Of a DNA stretch of 53,924 nucleotides, positions 33,331 through 41,919 are shown in pieces; position 1 is the stretch's first letter; the number at the start of each line of letters is the position of its first letter. The translations under genes were made by a program, and so were the position numbers. The notes below the pieces were generated by a model that was not told the DNA's origin, did not search any database, and worked only from the letters and a program-made list of their open reading frames with translations. Origin of the DNA: Clostridia bacterium (GTDB lineage: Bacteria > Bacillota > Clostridia > Christensenellales > CAG-138); assembly GCA_017554455.1 (NCBI GenBank), contig JAFZIH010000142.1, positions 1 to 53,924 on the forward strand, read 5' to 3'.

Positions 33331-34115
33331 AGCGCCACCTCCCCGGAAAAGACGGCCACGGCGGGTCCTTCCATTGTGATATTGTCCGTTTTGTCCGCGG
33401 TGATGAACAGACTCCCGCCGTCCAGTTTCACTTCAATAGGTTCGCCGACAGGACAAAGCCCCTGCTTCACCGCCGCGAAGACCGACGCGCATGCGCCGGT
33501 GCCGCATGCCATGGTGATCCCGCAGCCGCGTTCCCAGACGCGCATGCGAAGTTTTTGCGGCGAAAGGATCTGCACGAACTCAACGTTCACGCCGCCGGGG
33601 AAGCGTTCGTCCCATTCGATGCGCGGTCCGAAAACGGAAACCGGCACGGCGTCCGCGTCTTCTGTAAAGAGCACCAGATGCGGATTGCCGACCGAGACCG
33701 CCGTCCCGACGCCCATTCCGTCGGGGAGCGTCACGCCCTTCTGCGAAATAATGGCGCGTCCCATGTCTACGGTCACACTTTGAACCGTGCCGCTTTCGAT
33801 CCTGAGCGTCAGTTTTTTCACGCCGGAACGGGTCTCTATTGTCATCTGTTCCTTTCGGACAAAATCGTTTTCATAGAGAAATTTGCCCGCGCAGCGGATG
33901 CCGTTGCCGCACATGTTCGCTTCGCTTCCGTCGGCGTTGAAGATCCGCATTTCACAGTCGGCGACGGAAGACGCGCAGAGGAAGATCACGCCGTCTGCCC
34001 CGACACCGAAACGGCGGTCGCACAGCGCCGCGCACAGCGATTCGGCGTTTTCCGGGACCTGTCCGTAAACGAGCAGAAAATCGTTGCCCAGTCCGTGCAT
34101 TTTGGTAAACCGCAT
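33327..34115 (-). CDS. dapF: Diaminopimelate epimerase
   Basis: MRFTKMHGLGNDF start with GGAGGA SD. Catalytic Cys motifs NADGSEANMCGNG and ACGTGA. Confidence 0.9.
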   Translation of the reverse strand: MRFTKMHGLGNDFLLVYGQVPENAESLCAALCDRRFGVGADGVIFLCASSVADCEMRIFNADGSEANMCGNGIRCAGKFLYENDFVRKEQMTIETRSGVKKLTLRIESGTVQSVTVDMGRAIISQKGVTLPDGMGVGTAVSVGNPHLVLFTEDADAVPVSVFGPRIEWDERFPGGVNVEFVQILSPQKLRMRVWERGCGITMACGTGACASVFAAVKQGLCPVGEPIEVKLDGGSLFITADKTDNITMEGPAVAVFSGEVAL

Positions 34116-34143
34116 GACGCTTCCTCCTTTCCGCTTCCTTCCG

Positions 34144-35475
34144 TCAGTAGACAAGCATGTATTTTTTGATCTCCCAGTCGGTAACGCGCGTGCGGTACTC
34201 ATCCCACTCGCGGCGCTTGCCTTCCACGTAGCTTCTTGAGACGTGCTCGCCGAGCGTTTCCATGATCAGCGGATTCTGTTCCAGCAGCTCCACCGCCTCC
34301 AAAAGATTGCCCGGTAAGCTGTCGATGCCGTGCGCCTTGCGCTCCCTGTCGGTCATGGTATAAATGTTTTCGGTGATCTCCGCAGGCGGCGTCATGCCCT
34401 TTTCAATGCCGTCCAGTCCCGCCGCAAGGCAGACCGCGATCGCAAGATACGGGTTGCAGGCGGGGTCCGGGCAGCGCAGCTCCACGCGCGTGGAACTCCC
34501 ACGCGCGGCGGGGATGCGAATGAGCGCCGAACGGTTCGACGCGCTCCACGCAAGATAGCACGGCGCTTCATAGCCGGGCACGAGGCGCTTGTAGGAATTG
34601 ACGAGCGGATTGGTGATCGCCGTCATGCCGCGCACGTGGGTCAGGATACCCGCGATAAAGCTGTACGCTTCCTTTGAGAGCTGCTTTTCGCCGTTCGGAT
34701 CGAAAAAGATGTTTTTCCCGTCGCGGAACAGGGACATGTTCGTGTGCATGCCGCTGCCGTTGATCCCGAACACGGGCTTCGGCATGAACGTCGCGTGCAG
34801 TCCGTGCATCTGCGAAATCGTCTTGACCGCCATGCGGAACGTCAGGATGTTGTCGGCGGCCGTCAGCGCGTTTTCATACTTGAAGTCGATCTCGTGCTGT
34901 CCCTCGGCGACCTCGTGATGGCTCGCCTCGATCTCGAAGCCCATATCCTCAAGCATCAGGCAGATCTCGCGGCGCACGTTGCCGCCGTGATCGATCGGCG
35001 CCATGTCGAAATAACCCGCCGCATCCGCGGTACGCGTGGTCGGCAGCCCCTTTTCGTCCGCTTCGAAGAGGAAGAATTCCATCTCTGGTCCGACGTTGAA
35101 GGTATAGCCCAGCTCTTCCGCGCGCTTCAGCGTGCGCTTTAAGACGTAGCGCGGATCGCCGACGAACGGCGTGCCGTCCGGGTTGTAGACGTCGCAGATC
35201 AGCCGCGCCGTCCTGTGCGTTGCAGGCGCCCAGGGAAGGATCGCAAAGGTGTCGAGATCGGGACGGAGATACTGGTCGGATTCGTGGATGCGCGTGAAAC
35301 CCTCGATGGAGCTGCCGTCGATCATGATCTGGTTGTTCAGGACCTTTTCGATCTGCGAGCGCGTGACCGCCACGTTCTTGAGCTGTCCGAAAATATCGGA
35401 AAACTGCAGGCGGATAAATTCGATATCTTCTTCTTCGGCAATGCGAACGATGTCTTCTCTTGTATAATGTTTCAT
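34144..35475 (-). CDS. glnA: Glutamine synthetase, type I
   Basis: 443 aa. The GS beta-grasp N-terminus ([11 protein letters not shown]) and catalytic-domain motifs (HHEVA.GQHEI, NGSGMH) match GlnA. Confidence 0.92.
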   Translation of the reverse strand: MKHYTREDIVRIAEEEDIEFIRLQFSDIFGQLKNVAVTRSQIEKVLNNQIMIDGSSIEGFTRIHESDQYLRPDLDTFAILPWAPATHRTARLICDVYNPDGTPFVGDPRYVLKRTLKRAEELGYTFNVGPEMEFFLFEADEKGLPTTRTADAAGYFDMAPIDHGGNVRREICLMLEDMGFEIEASHHEVAEGQHEIDFKYENALTAADNILTFRMAVKTISQMHGLHATFMPKPVFGINGSGMHTNMSLFRDGKNIFFDPNGEKQLSKEAYSFIAGILTHVRGMTAITNPLVNSYKRLVPGYEAPCYLAWSASNRSALIRIPAARGSSTRVELRCPDPACNPYLAIAVCLAAGLDGIEKGMTPPAEITENIYTMTDRERKAHGIDSLPGNLLEAVELLEQNPLIMETLGEHVSRSYVEGKRREWDEYRTRVTDWEIKKYMLVY

Positions 35476-37079
35476 GGCTTTTCTCCTTTGTTATGATATT
35501 GTTGTGCCGCTCCGATGAAACCGAGGAACAGCGGATGAGGTTTGTTCGGTCTGCTCTTGAATTCCGGATGATACTGCACGCCGAGATAAAACGGCATGTT
35601 TGTGAGCTCTGCGGCCTCGACCAGGCGCCCGTCCGGGGAAACGCCCGAAAACGTCAGGCCGGCGTCCGAAAGTCGCTGTCGGAATTCGTTGTTGAGCTCG
35701 TAGCGGTGTCTGTGGCGCTCCGCGATCGCGTCAAGCGCATAGCAGCGATCCATCGTCGTACCCGGTTGTATGACGCACGGATAGCTGCCGAGCCGCAGCG
35801 TGCCGCCCTTGTCGACCTCGTCGCTCTGTCCGGGCATAAAATCAATGACCTTGTGCGCGCTATCGGGATCGAATTCGCCGGAGTTCGCGTCCGCCCAGCC
35901 GAGTACGCTCCGTGCATACTCGATGCACAGGATTTGCATGCCGAGGCAGATGCCGAAGTACGGGAGCGCGTGCGTCCGTGCATACCGCGCCGCGTCGATC
36001 ATGCCCTCGATCCCGCGGTTTCCGAACCCGCCCGGTACCAGAACGCCGTCGACGCCTTCAAGGTCTTCCGGCGTAAACTGTTCCGAATCGATCCAGCGGA
36101 TCTTTACCTCCACGCCGCGCGCGTAGCCCGCGTGTTTCAGCGCTTCGACGATCGAAAGATACGCGTCGTGCAGCTGCGTGTATTTGCCGACCAGCGCGAC
36201 CGTCACGCTGCCCTGCGGGTGCTTCACGCGCTCGACCATCTCCCGCCATTCGGAAAGGTCCGGCGCAGGCGCGTCAAGATGCAGTTTTTTACAGACAATC
36301 TCGGAGAAATGCGCCTGTTCCAGATACAGCGGCGCTTCGTACAGCGTGTCGAGCGTCAGGTTTTCGATCACACAGTCGCGGTCCACATTGCAGAAATGCG
36401 CGATCTTTTCGAAGATGCCGTCGTCGGTGATCGGTTCGTCCACGCGCAGCACGAGGATGTCCGGCGTGATGCCCATGCCCTGCAGTTCCTTGACGGAATG
36501 CTGCGTCGGTTTGGATTTGTGCTCGCCGCTCGCGCGAAGATACGGCACGAGCGTGACGTGGATATAGATCGCGTTGTCGCGTCCGACCTCGCGCCCGACC
36601 TGCCGGATCGCCTCCAAAAACGGCTGCCCCTCGATGTCGCCGATCGTGCCGCCGACCTCGGTGATCACGATGTCCGCGTCCGACTTTTCGCCGACGCGAT
36701 AGATGAACCGCTTGATCTCGTCGGTGATGTGCGGGATCGTCTGCACCGTCTTGCCGAGGTAGCCGCCCTGCCGCTCACGTGCGAGCACGTTCGCGTAGAC
36801 CTTGCCGGTCGTCAGGTTCGAATACCGGTTCAGATCCTCGTCGATGAAGCGTTCATAGTGCCCGAGGTCGAGGTCCGTCTCCGCGCCGTCCTCGGTCACG
36901 TAGACCTCACCGTGCTGATATGGGCTCATCGTACCGGGATCGACGTTGATGTACGGATCGAGCTTCTGTGCTGCGACCTTGAAGCCCCTTGCCTTCAGAA
37001 GCCGTCCGAGCGACGCCGCCGTAATGCCCTTGCCGAGACCGGAAACCACCCCGCCGGTCACAAAAATGTACTTTTTCAT
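35472..37079 (-). CDS. pyrG: CTP synthase
   Basis: [20 protein letters not shown]-terminus. GATase domain GICLGMQ. 535 aa. Stop overlaps the glnA start. Confidence 0.95.
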   Translation of the reverse strand: MKKYIFVTGGVVSGLGKGITAASLGRLLKARGFKVAAQKLDPYINVDPGTMSPYQHGEVYVTEDGAETDLDLGHYERFIDEDLNRYSNLTTGKVYANVLARERQGGYLGKTVQTIPHITDEIKRFIYRVGEKSDADIVITEVGGTIGDIEGQPFLEAIRQVGREVGRDNAIYIHVTLVPYLRASGEHKSKPTQHSVKELQGMGITPDILVLRVDEPITDDGIFEKIAHFCNVDRDCVIENLTLDTLYEAPLYLEQAHFSEIVCKKLHLDAPAPDLSEWREMVERVKHPQGSVTVALVGKYTQLHDAYLSIVEALKHAGYARGVEVKIRWIDSEQFTPEDLEGVDGVLVPGGFGNRGIEGMIDAARYARTHALPYFGICLGMQILCIEYARSVLGWADANSGEFDPDSAHKVIDFMPGQSDEVDKGGTLRLGSYPCVIQPGTTMDRCYALDAIAERHRHRYELNNEFRQRLSDAGLTFSGVSPDGRLVEAAELTNMPFYLGVQYHPEFKSRPNKPHPLFLGFIGAAQQYHNKGEKP

Positions 37080-37099
37080 ACTATACCCCCGTTCTTTTT

Positions 37100-37151
37100 A
37101 CAAAAAGAGAGGCGCCCGCCCGAGGGGAGGTTTCCCCGCGGATGGACGCCT
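37100..37151 (-). terminator. Leader hairpin + T-run upstream of pyrG (putative transcription attenuator)
   Basis: Minus strand: AGGCGTCCATCCGCGGGGA-loop-TCCCCTCGGGCGGGCGCCT followed by CTCTTTTTGT, 20 nt upstream of the pyrG SD. Confidence 0.5.
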
Positions 37152-37252
37152 GTCGTTCATCTTGCTTCGTGTTGTTGATACACCGTTTATTCGGTTCTGT
37201 TCGCCTCGCGGTTCGCGTCAGCGATATATGATATATAAAAAACACGAGAGTC

Positions 37253-37281
37253 ATAATATCACTTTCGTTTTTCCCTGTCAA
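37253..37281 (-). promoter_or_regulatory. Consensus-like sigma-A promoter of the pyrG operon
   Basis: Minus strand reads TTGACA, 17 nt, TATTAT, giving a leader of about 170 nt. Confidence 0.6.
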
Positions 37282-37505
37282 GAACTTTTTTCACATCGAG
37301 CAAACGATTTGCCGAAAGATGCCGGCGACATGCGGACTATGCAGCCCGCGCGTATACGGAGATTCTTTGATTGCTTTGTCAGCGGTAGAATCTCCGCGAA
37401 CGCGCTAATCTGCGCCGAAGGCGCGGGCGCGGGCGCCGACGCACCCGTTCGAAAGAAGGGGCAACGCTAATCATTTACTTTGAAAGCCCGGTTATCAGGA
37501 CTCCC

Positions 37506-37795
37506 GTGCTGAAGCACAGCCTTCAAATCAACTTCCGCGTGGATGCGGAGGAACAACGATTATTGCAGCAAAATGCGAAGAAATACGGACTGTCCATTGC
37601 AAAGCATCTGCGTTTTTGGTTCGCGGATACGTCCCGAAAAAGCAGCCGCCGATGGATTACAAAACATGGATCCGCGAGCCGCATGCGATCGGAAACAGCA
37701 TGAATCAGATCGCGGCACGGGCGAATACCACGGGATACGCATGGTTTCAAAGCGCTAATAACATCTTGGAGAAACATATCTTTGAAATAATTGTG
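37506..37795 (+). pseudogene. MobC-family relaxosome accessory protein, frameshifted
   Basis: Frame 1: LQINFRVDAEEQRLLQQNAKKYGLSIAKHLRF (RHH part). Frame 2 after the T5 run at 37613-37617: VRGYVPKK...IGNSMNQIAARANTTG (the MobC IGxNLNQIA signature). Confidence 0.65.
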
Positions 37796-37841
37796 CCCAC
37801 TTTGTGTCTGGCTTGGCGAATGAGCACAAGGCGGAATAAAA

Positions 37842-37876
37842 AAGCCCCAAAACACCGATGTTTTTGGGGCTTCTTC
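37842..37876. terminator. Hairpin terminator (T-tracts on both strands)
   Basis: AGCCCCAAAA-loop-TTTTTGGGGCT, followed by TCTTCT. Confidence 0.6.
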
Positions 37877-37899
37877 TGGAGGCGCCACCCGGAATCGAA
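37877..37899 (-). other. Orphan tRNA 3'-end fragment (T loop to CCA), att-site-like
   Basis: The reverse complement is TTCGATTCCGGGTGGCGCCTCCA: T loop, T-stem 3' strand, acceptor 3' strand, U73, CCA. The 5' partner sequences are absent. The ending ...GCGCCTCCA resembles tRNA-Cys. Confidence 0.6.
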
Positions 37900-38104
37900 T
37901 TCACGATTTGAATGCTAAACCACCATATATTGTTATATTCAGTACATTATCATACTACATATAGTACTCTATAATCTATTCTGTCCATTCTGTTTTTACG
38001 AGCTGCTCCCAAAATCCTCCCACGATTTTCGGGAGCAACCACCCGGATTTTGACAGGTGGCGATCTCTGCAAATAATTGGCGGCGAACAATCGGCAGCAA
38101 AAGG

Positions 38105-38141
38105 CAAGCAAAAAGCCGGGGCAACGACTTGCTCCGGCTTT
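38105..38141 (-). terminator. Rho-independent terminator after the sugar ABC ATPase gene
   Basis: The minus strand reads AAGCCGGAGC-loop-GCCCCGGCTT followed by TTTTGCTTG. Confidence 0.65.
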
Positions 38142-38156
38142 CTGAATAGGAAGGAA

Positions 38157-39344
38157 TCAGAATTCCAGGTTCTTGTCGGTCTCTTTACTGAAGACGTGCG
38201 CAACCTTGCCGCTGAAGGTGAAGCGGACTTCGTCGCCCATCGCGAAGTTGCCCGTCATGTCGACGGTCGGAACGATGATGATCACGTCGCGGCCTTCCGC
38301 GGTGATATGCAGATGCACCGAGGAACCCATCATTTCAGCAACGTCGACCTTGCCTACAACGCCGCCGTTTTCATCGAGATCGGTATGCTCCGGACGTACG
38401 CCGAGCGTGACTTCCTGCGATTCGACGTTGTTGTTTAAAAGACGCTCTTCCTTATCGGGCGAAAGCTCGACTCTCGCGCCTGCGAGTTCCACGAAATACT
38501 TGTTGCCCTCACGGACGAGCTTTGCGTCGAAGAAGTTCATGACAGGCATACCGATGAAGCCCGCGACGAACAGATTCGCCGGATGGTTGAACACTTCCTG
38601 CGGCGTGCCGATCTGCTGCACATAACCGTCGCGCATGATGACGATGCGATCGCCCAAGGTCATTGCCTCGGTCTGGTCGTGCGTGACATAGATGAACGTG
38701 GTGTCGATGCGTTCGCGGAGCTTGATGATCTCTGCGCGCATTTCGTTTCTGAGCTTTGCGTCGAGGTTCGAAAGCGGTTCGTCCATCAGCATGACTTTCG
38801 GTGCGCGAACGATGGCGCGGCCGATCGCAACGCGCTGACGCTGACCGCCGGACAGCGCCTTCGGCTTACGGTCGAGATACTGCGTGATGTCGAGGATCTC
38901 CGCCGCCTGACGAACCTTCTTTTCGATCTCATCTTTGGGAACATGGCGAAGTTTCAGCGCGAACGCCATGTTCTCGCGCACGGTCATGTGCGGATACAGC
39001 GCGTAGCTCTGGAAGACCATCGCGATGTCTCGATCTTTCGGCGCGACGTCGTTAACGAGCTTGCCGTCGATATACAGCTGACCGTCGGAGATGTCCTCGA
39101 GCCCCGCGACCATGCGGAGCGTTGTGGACTTGCCGCAGCCGGACGGGCCGACGAGTACGATGAACTCCTTGTCCTTGATGTCCAGGTTGAACTCCTGCAC
39201 TGCAACGACGCCTTCATCCGTGATCTGCAGATTGATCTTCTTCTTTTCGGGTTCGTTCGCCTTCTTTTTCTTGCTCGACTTCTTTTGTTCGCCGGAAACG
39301 AAGGGATATACCTTCTTGAGATTAACGAGTTTGACTTCTGACAT
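38157..39344 (-). CDS. Sugar ABC transporter ATP-binding protein (MsmX/MalK/UgpC type) with a Lys-rich N-terminal insertion
   Basis: Walker A GPSGCGKST, signature LSGGQRQR, Walker B LMDEPLS, C-terminal TOBE-like domain. A ~25-aa insert (GEQKKSSKKKKANEPEKKKINLQ) precedes the P-loop. Confidence 0.9.
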   Translation of the reverse strand: MSEVKLVNLKKVYPFVSGEQKKSSKKKKANEPEKKKINLQITDEGVVAVQEFNLDIKDKEFIVLVGPSGCGKSTTLRMVAGLEDISDGQLYIDGKLVNDVAPKDRDIAMVFQSYALYPHMTVRENMAFALKLRHVPKDEIEKKVRQAAEILDITQYLDRKPKALSGGQRQRVAIGRAIVRAPKVMLMDEPLSNLDAKLRNEMRAEIIKLRERIDTTFIYVTHDQTEAMTLGDRIVIMRDGYVQQIGTPQEVFNHPANLFVAGFIGMPVMNFFDAKLVREGNKYFVELAGARVELSPDKEERLLNNNVESQEVTLGVRPEHTDLDENGGVVGKVDVAEMMGSSVHLHITAEGRDVIIIVPTVDMTGNFAMGDEVRFTFSGKVAHVFSKETDKNLEF

Positions 39345-39528
39345 ATGCTTTGGCTCAGGACGTTTGACATCCGCCCGAAACGTCCTCGCAGCCGCCGAAA
39401 ACTATGCGGCCTGCATTACGGCAGGTCTCCACACTGCCGCACCCCGAGCCGGGGGAATGAATCTCCTTTCTTGATATGGAACGGAACGAGAAAAAGTGGA
39501 GTCGTGCCGTCCCATCGGGATGATATTA

Positions 39529-41895
39529 TCAGTCGAAAATGCTGCTCATGGATGCCACATACAGTTCGGTGATGGTCACGTCACCGGTGGCAAACAGTTC
39601 AATCGCTTTGGAGTCTTTTTGTTCGGGATAGGCACGGATCGAGATCACTTTGTAATCATTGAAGAACCCTTCCACAAGGGAGCGGTCGATATAGATCTCC
39701 ATCGTAATCGTGCCGTTTTCGTTCGGCAACACGCCGGAAACAGCTTTCGCCTTGGCGCCTTCGCCCTTATTCTCAGTCGAGCCGTTGATCAGCTCGTTTG
39801 CAACGTCGTAATAGAGTTTCGTTTCATCCCACTTGCCGCCTTTGAGCATGGTAATGCCGAACTCCTGTGCGTTTGAGACGTCCGCAACGATGCGGATATA
39901 CAGCATATCGTCTGTGACATTGTTCAATGCCGCGTTGGCGTCTGCAAGAGAGATGTTCTTTTGATCGATCCAGACCTTGTCCTCGAGCGTGTGGAGCGTT
40001 TCGATCGGTTCGATGCAGAGATCGGTACCGTCGTCATTCAACCAGATATGACGGGCAAGACCCACCGTATGTGCCCAACCGGACGCACCCTGCTCGGCAG
40101 CGCCTCGCTGATCCTGCATGATGGAGAACATATAGATCTCACCGCTTTGCGGATCGACGATGCAGCTCGGTCCCGTGAACACATTCGCGCCGTAATCGAG
40201 CAGATGCGGTTCGCCTTGGAACGCTTCGTCCGGCGTGAATTTGCCCGTTTCAAGATCAAAATCGCCAAGCCAGTAATAGACCTTGTTGTCCGCAATGCTC
40301 GCAGGCGCAGGGGAGATCTCAAAGAAGTACTTTGTGATCGTGCCCGCTTCGTTGGTTACCGGCAGAATGATCGGCAGCTCCCAGGACGTGCCGTACAGCG
40401 CGCTTTGGTTCTGCATCTCATAGACCGGACCGCGATACTGCCAGTTCATCTCGACGTGATCGCCCTTAAGTTCCAGTGTATCGGTCGTGTACAGCAGCGC
40501 CGTACCGCCCTTCGATGACGTCGAGCCGGAGCAGACGAGCATACACCAGGTGTCGCCCTCTTTCCAGATGTGCGGATCGCGGAATTCGCCGGGTCTGCCT
40601 TGTCCCTGCTGCTGAATCAGCGCAAGCTCTTTGCCAACGACCCATTCAGTCAGTTCCGGATCGTTTGTGTCTGCAGGCCATGCGACGCCGATGTTCTGAT
40701 TCGAGATCAGACCCGGCGTATCACGGAAGCTGTCGTTGCCCGCCGTGAAGAACAGCAGCGGAATTCCGTTTTTATCGAGCGTTGCGCCGCCGGACCAGAC
40801 GCCGTCAGGAACGACGGAATCCTCGGTGGGCGTGATCGCTTCCTTTACGGGCTTCCAGTTGACCATATCGGGACTCACAAGATGTCCCCAGCAAATGTTG
40901 CGCCAGTAGGAACCGGTCATGTTCGCCTGGTAGAACAGGTGGTACACGCCGTTGTAATATACCGGTGCGTGCGGTTCATTCATCCAGAACTGATATGGAC
41001 CGCCGTGGAACTGTGTACGGGTATAGTCGTCACCGAGAATGTTCTGAAGCCAGATCTCGGAGAATTCGATCTCCGGCACGTTGACGCTCTTATAGTAGTC
41101 TGCGATCTCCTGTTCGGAAAGCGCGACGCCGTAGAGCTTGACCTCGTCGATGTAGCCGCTTGCAACATTCAGAAAGCCCGCAGTAAGCCGTTCCGCATCC
41201 GTGTTGCGTCCGACGACCAGCGCTGTCCGCTTGGCGGGAGAAATCTCTGCATCCTTCGGCACGGAGCGCGAACCGATCATTTCTCCGTTCAGATAGAGCG
41301 CCATTTCGCCTGCTTCCGCATCAAACGTTGCGGTCACAAGGTTCCATGCGTATTTTTGCAGATTGTCGCCGTTCGACCATACAGTCAGCCAGTCGTCTCC
41401 GATGCCAACCTGAAACGTCAAACGTCCAAAGCGTTCATAACCGAGCAGGAAGCCCTGCTTATTCGCCTTGTTCGCCTGGCTGATGATGCCGGTCGGGGAA
41501 TCGTTGCCGTTGTCGGCGCCGTTCGGATCGTCCCACTCGAAAGTGCGCGGTGCGATCCATGCCTGCACAGTCAGCGCTTTGCCGGAAACGGTGATGTCGT
41601 TGCGGTTGTACTGCACATAGGTGGATGTACCGTCCAATAGCAGGCAGCCGCCGCTGATGCCGTCTTGCCGCCATTGCGGGTCCTGATCGTCCATGTACGC
41701 CGCACCATGAAATGCGTAGTTCATATCGGTATCGGGAACATTGCCTGCGGCATCCTTCACCGTCAGACCTTCACCTTCATCGAATTTGAGATAAAGGAGC
41801 AGATCCTTTTGATGCTTGTCTTTGCCCCCGCCGGCGCAGGCGGTCAATAAGACCGCCGCCAGCAGGATCGTACAAATGGTAAGGAACTTTTTCAT
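39529..41895 (-). CDS. Extracellular GH32-family fructanase lipoprotein with N-terminal LamG-like domain
   Basis: Lipobox LLTAC. LamG-like region (LLLDGTSTYVQY...VQAWIAP). GH32 blocks WMNEPHAPVYYNGVYHLFYQ, FRDPHIW, SWELP. GGGAGGG SD. Confidence 0.85.
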   Translation of the reverse strand: MKKFLTICTILLAAVLLTACAGGGKDKHQKDLLLYLKFDEGEGLTVKDAAGNVPDTDMNYAFHGAAYMDDQDPQWRQDGISGGCLLLDGTSTYVQYNRNDITVSGKALTVQAWIAPRTFEWDDPNGADNGNDSPTGIISQANKANKQGFLLGYERFGRLTFQVGIGDDWLTVWSNGDNLQKYAWNLVTATFDAEAGEMALYLNGEMIGSRSVPKDAEISPAKRTALVVGRNTDAERLTAGFLNVASGYIDEVKLYGVALSEQEIADYYKSVNVPEIEFSEIWLQNILGDDYTRTQFHGGPYQFWMNEPHAPVYYNGVYHLFYQANMTGSYWRNICWGHLVSPDMVNWKPVKEAITPTEDSVVPDGVWSGGATLDKNGIPLLFFTAGNDSFRDTPGLISNQNIGVAWPADTNDPELTEWVVGKELALIQQQGQGRPGEFRDPHIWKEGDTWCMLVCSGSTSSKGGTALLYTTDTLELKGDHVEMNWQYRGPVYEMQNQSALYGTSWELPIILPVTNEAGTITKYFFEISPAPASIADNKVYYWLGDFDLETGKFTPDEAFQGEPHLLDYGANVFTGPSCIVDPQSGEIYMFSIMQDQRGAAEQGASGWAHTVGLARHIWLNDDGTDLCIEPIETLHTLEDKVWIDQKNISLADANAALNNVTDDMLYIRIVADVSNAQEFGITMLKGGKWDETKLYYDVANELINGSTENKGEGAKAKAVSGVLPNENGTITMEIYIDRSLVEGFFNDYKVISIRAYPEQKDSKAIELFATGDVTITELYVASMSSIFD

Positions 41896-41919
41896 AAGCC
41901 CTCCCTGGGGGTTCAGTGT

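Noticed and set aside
36946-37470. 174-aa plus-strand ORF and 66-aa minus-strand ORF across the pyrG leader.
   Set aside because: They span the pyrG 5' end, promoter and attenuator. They have no SD or family resemblance.
37877-37925. Tested whether the 48 nt ending in ...GGTGGCGCCTCCA form a complete unusual tRNA (the TCA in an ATTCAAATCG loop suggested a Sec/suppressor tRNA).
   Set aside because: No T-stem 5' strand (GTGAA cannot pair with CCGGG), no D arm and no acceptor 5' strand are present. Only the terminal 23 nt are tRNA-like.
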